This document shows positions 1-13,371 of a stretch of 64,000 bases of DNA, one piece after another. The DNA is from Bugula neritina. Taxonomy: Eukaryota > Animalia > Bryozoa. Within the stretch, counting starts at the first letter, position 1, and every line of letters begins with the position of its first letter. A program made the translations under genes and the position numbers. The notes under the pieces were generated by a model. That model worked only from the letters and a program-made list of their open reading frames with translations. It was not told the origin of the DNA and searched no databases. The stretch covers positions 5,838,729 through 5,902,728 of the forward strand of contig OZ037770.1 of NCBI GenBank assembly GCA_964035545.1, in the 5' to 3' direction.

Positions 1-431
1 GAGTCTAATAAAAAAAAAATCAACAAAATAGAGCAAAGAGATATTTCGTCTTAGCCAGAACTTTTTGGCTGCAACGTTTGGGCTGGTGTAAGTATTGATA
101 GTTTATTTTCTCAAGGCATGCATGCAGTTGATTGAATTTATAATGGTTAAATAATTTACTAAAAAATAGTGAGTAACTCAAATAATTGGAATTCTTTTAA
201 AAAAATAACTTGTCAACATTTGAAGCTTTGCGTTCAAAAAGACACGACAATTGTTTTATAAAATTTTGAAAAGTACATTATATAGCATCTTAAAAATAAC
301 TCGTTGATAATATTTCATAATTATTGATTTGCAGTTTTAGCTTTAAAACCTGTGTATGTAGGAGGTCTTTTGTGCACTGCTTGTCTACATACACATACAT
401 ATGCAGATAATATAAACACACACGCACACAC

Positions 432-432
<1 letters not shown>

Positions 433-479
<47 letters not shown>

Positions 480-582
480 TTTAGTAAAACTATAAGTTTT
501 ACTATTGCAAAGGTGTGGGCCATGGTACTCTGTTCTGTGCTGATGAGGGGACAAATCCCAAAACAGCTGCTGTCCACAGATT

Positions 583-657
<75 letters not shown>

Positions 658-672
658 TATATATAAAATATA
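433..672. repeat. Two (TA)n microsatellites (433-477, 586-672)
   Basis: Directly visible. Confidence 0.97.
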
Positions 673-2610
673 TAGATCATATTTGATTATACGAGTCTGT
701 ATATATCTTAGGCGAAGCATCAAAGCAGAAGAAGGAACCTAAAACTTATGTAAGTATTCTTATAATTAAATTTATACCTATATATGTTATTGAAAATACT
801 TTAGTAAATCACCAGTGTTATGTTTAATAAGTTATAAACATCATAAATAGACATATATATTGACACTTTATGTTCTGTTTATTTTGCATGAATCAAAGTT
901 TCTATCAGATACGATCAGGTCTTTATATAGCAATGAACAAACAGTGTCATGAGTTTATAGAGAAATTGAATAAAAAAATTTGCACTCTTCATAACTGTGC
1001 AATAACTCTTAGATTATCTTTATCTGATTAAAACACTGCTTTGATGCAAATAGCTTTATATCATTTGCTTTGAGCTTTTTCTATAAAATACATGTGTAAG
1101 GTGACAAAGAAGGGTTAACAATCCGACAGTTTTTACTTGTAAAATGAAGTTTAGCTGGCCCTCTAGCCTAACTATTGCTAAATATTCTAAAGTTTCAGTC
1201 ACCTATTTTGCTGTTCTGTTTCATTGAATTCTAGAAATTTTTTTTATTGCAATAACTTTTGGACAATTTGAGCAATCGATTACTGTAAATTGCAGAGGTT
1301 GTTTGTAAAATTTTGCAATTTTGGTAAAATGAAACCTAATATCTGAAAACATTGGCAATTGCCAAACATAGAATTCATGTTGTTAAAAATATTTACTAAC
1401 CTGCGAAATACAAAACCTCCTGTTGTTTGCTGACAAACCTTGTTACTCATTTACAACACATTTTTTAAGAAAAACAGAGTAAAATATTTGTCATGCTACT
1501 TCAATTGTAGAGCTCTTTTCAATATTCTGACCTCGGATGAGCAATGAATCAACTAGCAACTCTGGAAGATTTAGCAACTATATATCATATAATTATAAAA
1601 TTATAGAGTCCAATTTTGTTGATATATAATCTTTAAAATCTGTGTTCCGGCTTATTGATCATCATATATATTGTTAAATAATTTTTTTCTGGCTGTTAGT
1701 TATATCAGTGATATTTTTATATTGTAAATTCTAAATAATAATTATATGTTAAATTTTTTGCTCTCCCTTTTGTCTGAGTCATTTTACAGCATTCTAATAT
1801 AAGTGTGTTCTAAAAACCAGATATAGTGATATTTTGATTTTGAATGCTTTATTCAGCTATTTATCCAACAACTTTATCAATAGTCTAAATACCCATATTT
1901 AATATAAGAAACTGAACTAAATTGAATAAAACCTTGTTTAAAGACTTGAAATATATGCTGTTTATCTCTTTCCTGACTAACGAATTTTCAACTAAAACTA
2001 TTGCATAGGCACCAACTGCAGTAATATCACAGTTAAATTATTTTTTGCAATGAAGTAATGGCCTATTATGGATGACAATGTATTACCTGTAGCACAAACT
2101 CATGGCTAAAACAGTTAATAACTGTTCAAGAGCAAACAACTCCCAACTTTTAAAAATAGTGCCTATAGATTTTTTTGTGAATTGAATATATAATAAATAA
2201 CTAACTCAAACACTTAGTGAGACAAGTTGGTGTAGTTGATAGTTTAGGTAATGTTGCTATAATATTATTTAGTTGGGTTTTTAAACGGATTTGAGCTGAA
2301 CAAAATAATTGCTAATAATATATATTCAATCGTAACTCCCATATATATATGATTGACTAACACAATTTAGCTAAAACTGTAATCAGTGTTTTGTCACACT
2401 TATGCAAATACTGTATACAGATCTGCTATCTGTAGAATTGCTTACGTTTAGCTTACTATAGTCACAAGATCAAATCTAGCTTATAGGAATCGCGATAATA
2501 AAGTTGGGGTAAAAGAAAAATTAAGAAAAGCATGTGTTCTACAATAAAAGATTTACCAAAAGAAAATATGTTCTTCCAAAGTAATCAACCCCAAACAAAA
2601 CTCCATTAAC

Positions 2611-2850
<240 letters not shown>

Positions 2851-3489
2851 TTGCTCCTGTACCTGATGTTGAGTTGGAGACTGATGCCATCTTGTTTATG
2901 TGAAATATTAGGATAAAATTGGTAGAGTTGTAGTTGACAAGACTGTTATATTTTACGTATGTAGAAGAAGAGAAAGGACGAGAAAAAGTATTGTGGGTAA
3001 TATAAGAAAGTATTCATACAGAGAGAAGACAATTAATAATATGGTTATTTGTCAGTTATAAATGTTTATTGTCACAACAGCGGAAGATTGTATCCTATCA
3101 ACACCTGATTTAAATAAGTCCTTAGCCTGATTTAACAAATACTCTTTCTATCAGGGGTTTCTCACAGGCATAGCGACTATGAACCTACTTGAGTTAAGTG
3201 TTTGCATGACTATCAATACAACAGAGCAAAATTTGCTGATAGTTTCCAAGGTAGCTGTTTACTTATCCATGATCCACTGATAACTTAATACACACGGAAT
3301 GTATATTAGCTGAAGCTAGGGCTGTGATAACATATACAATATTATATACTGTGAGAGCAGAGTGATAAATAGTTACTGTAACTCTTGATATTTAAGTAGT
3401 ACTTATTTAATACATCAACACAGATGTGTAGATGACTGAATTCAAGCATTCCAACAAAACAACACAGCACATAAACAAAAGTTGCTACT

Positions 3490-4234
3490 ATGAGTGTGAG
3501 AAAAGCCCACACATATGTTTCAGTAGGACACGTGGTGATTGGAATAACATTATTGTTAGCTGGGAGTATATGGCTGGGTCTCCTGTATGAATACCCACCT
3601 TTTCTTTTACGTCAAGGGGTAACTATACTCATTGACTTCCCAGCCTGGAGCCTCTTTGTATTGTCATCAAAAGTTTTCTGTGGATTTTGGGTAAGTCAAA
3701 CTTTGATTATTACAATAAAATTATAATATACTTCTACTATATTGTTTTTCAGTGCATAGTATAATATAATACAAAATATTCTCAATATATGTATGTATAT
3801 AGACAAAGATTATTACATTTAACATCTTTTCATCTATATTTCATTATATAATATATGCTATAGCATTTGACGAGGTCATCTTAATTCTTGTTAGGTTAGT
3901 ATCGACAAAATTACTAAGCTTTATTGAGTATTTTTTATTACTATGATCATATAAAAAACAGATAAAAGCAGCTAAAAAGACTTTCAAGACAATAGAGGAA
4001 AAATAATTGCTCTATTTTCTAAAGGATTTATTATAATTTTCTTACACAAATAAGCTGCTTGTATATGATCTATTATTACTTCATATAGCTATGAATTATT
4101 TTACAGTTTACAATTGTTGGAGTTGTTGGATTGTGTGCTAGAGCCAATGAATCTTTGGTAAGTCACGTGGTTAACAGAATCTCTGTAACAGCATGCAGTA
4201 CATTGGAATCATCTTGATGAGATATAAACATGAG

Positions 4235-4308
<74 letters not shown>

Positions 4309-4321
4309 ATATATATATATA

Positions 4322-4402
<81 letters not shown>

Positions 4403-4403
4403 G

Positions 4404-4473
<70 letters not shown>

Positions 4474-7400
4474 GCTAGGTCTGGTCTTCTATAGAGAGCT
4501 GTTTAGTGTTGACTTGATTTAAAACATCAATTCAACATGTTAGAAAAAATTGTATGTAAGCCAAAGATGCAACACAAAAATAAGTCCGCAATAGAATTTT
4601 AACAATTTACAAAAAGACAGCAATATGACGTTTATAATAAGTCAGTTTTATATTTACAATTCCTTGAAACATATTTAAATGAATACTCTGTAGCCAATAT
4701 AAATTTTTATAGTATAGTATATATACCCATAAGAGTAATTAGAGCATTGAATTAGATAATTTATGTGTTTTGTAGGCTGCTTTGTCTATAAGTATAAACA
4801 TTTCTATCATATTTCTCTTTGCTCCATACAGTGTGCTAGCTATGTCTTGGATTATTATGGCTCCGTACATACCAATAGTGAGTAATATACATAAATCTTC
4901 CTTATATCCCTTTCATGCATTAATTATCTTTTAGCAGCAAATTTCCAATTTCTTTTTGCCTAATTTATTTAATTTCATGTCTCTTAACATGAATTTATCA
5001 TTTTTTTCAATTTTCATCGAAAACATCAAAAAAAATTACTGTCCACATATGTGGACGCCACGCAGCTATTAAGCCATCTGATTGTCTACATATGTGGACA
5101 AAATAATAATTCTGCGAACATTTAGTGTGTAAATAGTTTATTTTTCTTCTAAATTTAGTGTTTAAAATTTGTTTACTGAGTTGAGTTAGTAACACTATAT
5201 CAGTTGCATCACTGTTTAGAGAAGTTTAGGTAAAGTCACAAGATAGATCATTTCACAAGGAAAAAGTCACGATTTTTGGTTTTCAAATGCTTTTTTAGCT
5301 AATCTGAAGTTGAGAATTTTTGTACTTTTCTTCTGAACAGTGTGAAAAATGGTATAGTCACCGATGTACTACCAAGCAATAGAGCACTTATCACTTATAT
5401 CTAGTTTTCTTCCGTTATGTCTCCTTTTGAGGTAGCAATGTTAGTGGCGATTGTTGCAGTAGCTTTTTGGCAACTTTCCAAAAATCATTGTGTAACGGAA
5501 GCTATTTGTGAAAGCTTTCGCGATAACTATTTACTGACAGTTTTTGGTCGATGAGTCAGTGTAGCTCAATTTTCCTCTTGTTAAAGATGCAGGCAATCTA
5601 TACTTTATTATCAAAATAATTGTAAGTAAAGTTGGAGTTCAAGTATGAGTATGAGTCTAAGTACGAGTATGAGTCTAAGTACAAATGTGAGCTCAAGTCT
5701 AAGTCTAACTTAGAAAATATACTATTGGCAATAGACAAAAAATAGAGTTGTGGCCTGCATCTGTGTCCTCCATCCATTAACCTTTCATTAAGTGAATTAC
5801 AATACATAGGCATCCGTGCCAAACAGCATCCGTGCTGACGCAGCTACAATTATCAGCTGATACAGTAACCATTATTGGCTGGCACAGCGATTCAAATAAA
5901 ACTCTCAAATTTCTGTTTTATTTCAACAAATTTGTGAATGAAAAGTAAAGAGGTGTTTTAGTAAGTTTAAAACTAGCATTCCTTGTCACTTCTGAATTAT
6001 GTAGAGAAAACAGCTTTCAAATTTGCTTTGGAAGCTCACAAATACTATTATTTTGATAATTCCAGCCATTTCAAACTTGTAGAGGCATAATTAATTGTTG
6101 TAAAAAAAGTCAAAAAAACAGTACTATGACTAAAAACTGAAACAAAACACTCTAAAGTTGGAAAAAACCACTTTTTTTCAACAATGAAATGCACTATAGG
6201 CTACTAGTTGCATAGGCTACTGTCGAGATATGTGGACGTCCAACACTTGAATTTGTGCATGATGTCCACATATGTGGACAGCAATAAAAAGCCTTCTTTT
6301 TTGAGCATAGTAACATTTTCCATCCAAAACTTTCATAAAAAATTAGTTCTGATTGTGGAGATGGCAAAATAGAAATATGGCAGTTGAGCTAAACATTTTT
6401 AGGCTGAAAAACACAAATAGTGTACTACGGAAAACTAAAAAAGCTTGCAAGTGAAACAGCAAATCGAAATCTGCTTCCAATCAGTCTTCCAATCAGTTGA
6501 CCTTGACCTTATTGCACAATTTAATTTGTCAATAGCATAAAAAACTCTTTAACAATGCTGATTAATCTACTAGAAAATGTGAAATATCAAAATTTGACCT
6601 GTTTTGATACAAAAAGGTAGTGACCACATGCGTGGACGCTGCGCTTGAAAGGGTTAAGATTATTTAATAGTTGAAGAATAAAAATGCCTTAATTTTGACA
6701 AAAATGCAACCGAACACTCACCAAGCATAAATATAAATATTGCTGCTATTACTGCTCTAGCCTACAATAATATCTATTGTAGGATATATCTTCTCAACAC
6801 TAACTCAATCATTTCATATTAAGCTAGGACTAGCAAATTGCCCAATGACAACTTTTATTATGGCTTCCTGCAGATCTACACATAACTAGCAAAGTAATGC
6901 TGTGTATTTTTAAAATAGGTTTCTATAGCAGAATTATTGATTTTTATAAACAAAAAGCAGATAAATCATCTAATGTAAAAAGTTTAAAAACCTTGAAGGC
7001 AAAATATTACAGTCACTAGTAGAATATAACTTTATCTTCACAGAAAACGCTTAGTTTAATCGAAAAGAAGCCACTATTACGCTTCCTGGATTATTATGTG
7101 TTGACCGTTGGAAAGTTTCTTTATTCTCCATACGGTATATTTGTTTTAAGGTTTATTGGTAGCCTTATAGATTAGATTTGAATATTTTTCAAAGCCAAGA
7201 CCATGTTTTATATAACGTACGCTGGCGATCTCATATATCAAGATTTTTTTCATCTTACAAAATGAGCCGTTGTAATACTGTTCAAATTATAAATTACATA
7301 TTATTCTTTGCTTACAGAAAATTGGAGGGCTGGACCTATTTTTGTTGACTGACATTCTGTTTCCTCATAACATCTGGCTGTTTGTCTTTCCTGGTCTTGG

Positions 7401-8284
7401 AATACTGCTGGGGTTTACTGAACTTTTTATTTCATCCATTTACTTGGCTGCCATGTTTTATTACTCATTCATCAAACACGAGGTGATTTTTTGCAAGCAT
7501 ATATTATACAGACACATAATTTGCACATGATGTTATTTCAAATTGATGCTCCATGCTTTAATCTCTCCCACAGTTTTAGCAGTGGGAGAAAATAAAGCAT
7601 TTTCCAGGATTTGATGTTTTAATATCGCAGTAACATCAGTAATATAGGTTAACGTAAGCTAGCTATGAGGTTTATGCTTGCTATATGAGAAATAGAACCC
7701 TAGTGCTATATGTTCAAATCAATATTACATTATAATTGCTGTGCAATAACTAGTAAGTATGTAAGTTAAACTTCTAATTTAGTTATTTAGTAATAAATAT
7801 TATAACTAGTTTTTTATATAAACGTATGACCAATTGTGCTCTTTTGGTATTTTCTCGTGAACCATAATTTTAAATGACTGCTGCATGTCTTATCACAAAA
7901 CAAAGTTTTTTCATGCCATAAAATATCTCAACAGCCAAACTATCTATAATATTTTGAACAATAAAATTTATTGTCATCATGATTAAATTCTACATTGTAT
8001 ACAGGCATAATACTTTTCAAAATGCTTAATCTATGACGCCATAGAGGATTGATTAGCAAACATCTTTTTTTGTCATTCTAGGACATGTATCTGAAGCTTT
8101 CTTCCATGAAGTAACCCGTCATACGTGTTACCTTGTGCTCTCAGGTACTCTCAGGTGACACAATGCCTCTGAATGTAGAAGTCATGCTTCATTTTGTATT
8201 TTACAGGTAACAGAGCCCAAAGAACAAGAAAACAGAGGCTTTGTGGGTAGTTCTGAGTTGTCCATAGAAGTGTCAGCTCTATGA
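3490..8284 (+). CDS. MS4A/CD20-like four-transmembrane protein, 5 exons (3490-3690, 4107-4157, 4776-4877, 7318-7482, 8207-8284), ~198 aa
   Basis: All introns are GT-AG, phase 0, and join into an open frame: [32 protein letters not shown]...KVFCGFW|[17 protein letters not shown]|[34 protein letters not shown]|KIGG...[27 protein letters not shown]|[12 protein letters not shown]...SAL*. Four hydrophobic segments and a GxWxxxxGxxG TM2 pattern resemble MS4A-type proteins. The last exon is the least certain (alternative acceptor at 8082). Confidence 0.7.
4238..4468. repeat. (TA)n microsatellite with TG interruptions
   Basis: Directly visible. Confidence 0.97.
4908..6653. mobile_element. piggyBac-like non-autonomous element in intron 3 of the MS4A-like gene
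   Basis: Left end CCCTTTCATGC and right end GCTTGAAAGGG followed by TTAA (6654-6657); the left TTAA is not preserved. Five copies or variants of the palindrome GTCCACATATGTGGAC (5041, ~5084, ~6227, ~6264, ~6622). Confidence 0.55.
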
Positions 8285-9295
8285 AACTGAGAAAGTAGTT
8301 AGTATATAAACCTTCTAAAGAAATCTTGACTCAGAAACTACTTTTAAAAGTAAAACACTCAACTACCTAATTTTGATTTAGACAAAAGTCTTTTTTATGA
8401 GTAAAATAACTCTAGTAAAATATTGAGCTTTTTATGCAATTTTCCATAGTATTGTTTAGGCTATAAGTTTTCACACCTCAGAAGCATAAATAATGCAGTT
8501 TTATGACTGGCTAATTAAGTATGAACTTACACAATATTAAAATAATATTGTAATAGTTTTAACTGCATTGTTCTTATAACAGAGGACTTGGAATAAAAAA
8601 CGTTGTTTTACTAGTTGAAAGTACTTGTGTTAATCAGTGTACAATGAATCAGTTGAAAAGTTTTGCTGTACTCAGATTATCATTAACTTTAGTTTGTGTA
8701 GAACCTGTGCAGCTGACTTTTGACTTATTAGCTGAATGATTGCAAGTATTTATTTACCATTTGTTTAAAATATTGTAGAAAATTATTCTTATGCAGTAAA
8801 TTCTATCAGCTGTTAACTTCATCAAGAAAGCTATATTTATTTGTAGGCTTTTTCTATAAAATGAAATATTTGACCTGTATTCTAGTGATTTTTATATATC
8901 AATGAAATTTTAAAAACTTTTGTAATAAAATGACTGCTTCTAGCTGCGGTTTTATGATATAATTTGTTAGATTATCGGGTTCAACATAGAAATTGAATGT
9001 TGTGCATGACATGTTGCATGGTATATTTATGTACTTCTCGATGTGACTCATGGACAGCGAACAATCTCAGTAAACTTCGCATGTGGTAACTTGAATCGAA
9101 ATCTATGAGAATTTGCATTTTATGTTGTTTGCAAGTTTGTATATTTCTATAAGTTTGAATATATTTTTTTTAAAAAAGCAATTTCATTACATAGGAAAAG
9201 CATGCGACTTGCTTCATTTGAGAAAAACTTTGACGCAAGTAAATTTTAGAATTTTATGAGTTGAGGCCACTAGAGAGTGTCTGTTTCGATCTTCT

Positions 9296-9298
<3 letters not shown>

Positions 9299-9382
<84 letters not shown>
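9299..9382. repeat. (TA)n microsatellite left of the CACAG MITE
   Basis: Directly visible. Confidence 0.97.
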
Positions 9383-10389
<1,007 letters not shown>

Positions 10390-10509
10390 TAAAGGTTTCA
10401 TACTAAAATCAGCAAGCAGGCATGAGGGATTTAAATGGTACAGGGAGAGTAAAATGTTTGGCTACGTTAGTGAACCGGGATCTTGCCCTTCAAGTATAGC
10501 TAGGTCTCA

Positions 10510-12760
10510 TTCTAGCTGTTGTAAAAAGAAAAATTAAATTTGTCTAGACCAAAATGTGGGTTGAGTGTTCCCTGATGTGTTAAATATGAAGTATTGAAAG
10601 AAATATAATCAGTAAGCTGTAATTCATTTAAACCCAACTCAATTATTTTCAGAAAATTCAAATCGAGGTGTTGTCTTCTTTCTTTGAGTTGTTCTATATT
10701 ATTTTTTATCATGCACTCTGAAACACTCTCCACAGGACCGAATCTGTACGCCCACTTAACAGCCCGTCTCTGAAATGTTTCCACCTTGTCTATTAATGTT
10801 TTAATGTAGGGTGACCATACCTGACTAGCATACTCAAGAACTGGTCGGACAACCGTATTAAAGGCTATCATTTTTGTCTCGGTACTAGCGCTAAACAGGC
10901 ATCTTCCAATCATTGCTAACAATTTGTTTCCCTTTTAACAGTGTTTATTGTATGTGGGTCATTTTACCTAATTTATTACACACTGGAAATCTCCAGTTTT
11001 TAGCTATTTTTCACGATTTAGCTGCTAATAAACATGGGTTTTTGCCCAGAATTAGTGAAATATCAAAAAGTACACCTAAACAATCAAGGTTCTTCTTAAT
11101 TTTGCATGATTTCTCATGTTTTTCCTGTTTATTCAACTTATTTGGATTGTCGATCGCTACGAAACTTAACCGTAACGATCAGCAATCAAAAGTAACTGTA
11201 ATTAAGAAAAAACATGAAAAATTTAGGCAAAATTAAAAACAACCTTGATTATTCAAGTGTATTTATTTATATTTTGCTAGTTTTGGGCAAAATTCTATGT
11301 TCATTAGCAGCTAAATTGTAAAAGATAGCTAAAAACTTGAGATTTCCAGTATATACTAATTTAGGTAAAATGAACCATGTTCATGCCACTTGAGGTCACT
11401 TTGAATGTATACATCTATAAGTATTTTAAACTGCAGGTTTGGGGTATCGCGACGCCATTTATAAAAAGCTTAAAACTGGGAAGATTTTCCTAGGGCCATA
11501 TGCATACATTTGTTTGGGTTAAAACTCATGCCCCATTTAATAGACCAGTCATACAACGCTGTTCACTTTCTTGGAGTTTGGATGGTTCACATTCTGTTAT
11601 GTCTATACCTAACAAAGTATCATCAGCATATAGTCGACAATATGAATCATTTACACAGAGTGGCATGTCATTTATAAATAACAAAAAAGAAAAGGTCCTA
11701 AAACTGAGCCCTGAGGCACACCTGATGTAACGGCAAATTTGTGGGACTTCCTACCATTAACCAGTGCCATAGATGTTCTATTTGATAGCCACTGTTCAGT
11801 CCATTTCACTACATTCACATCAAACTTATAGGCTTTAATCTTGTGTATTACAAGTTTTTGTGGGACTTTGTCAAAAGCCTTTGCAAAATCAAAAAATATC
11901 AGATGGTATGATTTGTGCTCGGCTAGTGCTTTGGCCGTATGATGGACAACATCAAGCAATTGTGTGGTGGTACTGAAATTTTTGCAAAAGCCGTGTTGAT
12001 TACTATGGATAAGGTTGTAGTTATCTATGTGTTGTCACATAGAACTAGCAATAATATGTTCAATCAACTTTGATGTTATCGATGTGAGGCTAATAGGTCT
12101 ATAATCTTTTGGCAGATCTCGTCTTCCACTTTTAAATATGGGAATTACATTGGCTGTTTTCCAGTCTTGTGGTACACTATTGTGATCTAAATTGGCCTGC
12201 ATAACTAAAATGAGACATGAAAGAAATTTTGGTACATTTTTACTAAATTATTTGATACAGTACGAAGATATTTCACCTGGTCCACTGGCCTTTCGAATGT
12301 CTAGTATCTTGAAAAGATTGGTCAACCTTTCTATTGTTATGTTTAACATGGGCATGACCCGTAATGGTGGTGATTATAATGCAAATTCTGGTATGGGGTG
12401 ATTGTTGTCATTAAACACAGAAGAGTAAAAATCTGCAAATGAGTCAAGAATTCTTTCTGGCAAGGTATTTTCCAAGCAGCCAATATGGTTTGACTGTCCA
12501 CGGGATTTGCTGATAAAGTTGTAAAGAGATTTGCTGTTGCCATTTTGTAATTCGTTTGCGATTAGGCACTCTATGACTAAGATATTGATGGTGGTTAAAA
12601 CTACACCACTAGAAAGACAATTTCATAAGTATTATTCAAAATGTATGGACACCTCAAAATTTTCATTATTCTCATTGAAGGTAGTGTTATTGAAGAATCT
12701 ACAGTTAACTAAATATTTCTTTCAATTTTTTCTAAATGTGCTGAAAGTTGAATTGCTGGA
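10510..12760 (-). mobile_element. Degenerate CR1/Jockey-group LINE ORF2 (reverse transcriptase) remnant
   Basis: Frameshifted RT motifs: FDFAKAFDKVP, SGVPQGSVLGP, CRLYADDTL (~11613-11639), VRPVLEYASQVWSP, FQRRAVKW. Interrupted by a foldback MITE. Confidence 0.9.
10955..11377. mobile_element. Foldback (palindromic) MITE inserted in the LINE
   Basis: ~210-bp imperfect arms TGGGTCATTTTACCTAATTTA... / ...TAATTTAGGTAAAATGAACCA, centred near 11165. LINE sequence continues on both sides. Partial family members at ~14325-14505 and ~50755-50990. Confidence 0.8.
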
Positions 12761-12769
12761 GCTAGACAA

Positions 12770-13030
12770 CAACGCTGTGCTAAACTGTACTATGCTATGC
12801 TATGCTATATGCTACACTATGGTAAACTATACTTTACTATGTTCTGCTATATTATGCTGTACTATATGCTTATAATTAAACTGTACTATGCTACGCGATG
12901 CTATACTGTTTTAAAACTAGCCTATATCACACTAGCTATGCTGTACCATACTATACTCTACTAAACTATTAAACATTATAATATACTATGCTGTACTACG
13001 CTGTACCATGCTATACTATACCATATCATT
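12770..13030. repeat. Degenerate 5-bp low-complexity repeat (CTATG/CTATA/CTGTA)
   Basis: Visible 5-mer periodicity. Confidence 0.7.
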
Positions 13031-13371
13031 ATAGGTAGTTTGTCGGGTCGAATATGACTGTTCTAGGTTTGGGTCTACTTATCACAGTTTTCCAGACAGT
13101 TTAGCTGCAGACTGTCAAGTATCCCGTCTAATGCCTCTCCGGTTTAAGTATTTCTTACTGAATCTTTAACTTTAAGACAGAGATGTCCCTGCATGGCTTC
13201 ATTTCTCTAAACTGAGTTGTGAGTAGATCAGCTACCTAGGTAGTCTTTCTTCATTTATTCCATGATCGTGTACAGTCCATCTAAGATAGCGCTCAATGAG
13301 CATATCTGCAATCAGAGCTAAATCACTTCTTGTGTATATTTTGTTGTTTGAAACATTATCTTTTCAAGTTA

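Noticed and set aside
54-749. Two short AG...GTAAGT segments (~54-87, ~712-749) that could be exons of an upstream gene or a 5' UTR
   Set aside because: Too short to assign a frame or product without transcripts.
880-1053. Small decayed inverted repeat (possible MITE); similar weak candidates at ~21530-21960, ~22790-23360 and ~38330-39000
   Set aside because: Ends and TSDs are too degenerate to define by eye.
5620-5710. 6-nt periodic GAGTCT/AAGTAT repeat giving an ORF with LDSYSY repeats
   Set aside because: Low-complexity tract inside a non-autonomous element; no evidence of coding.
7044-7134. Candidate extra exon ([18 protein letters not shown]...) in the MS4A-like gene
   Set aside because: It has a plausible acceptor, but the nearest donor gives 91 nt (phase 1), incompatible with the phase-0 downstream exon.
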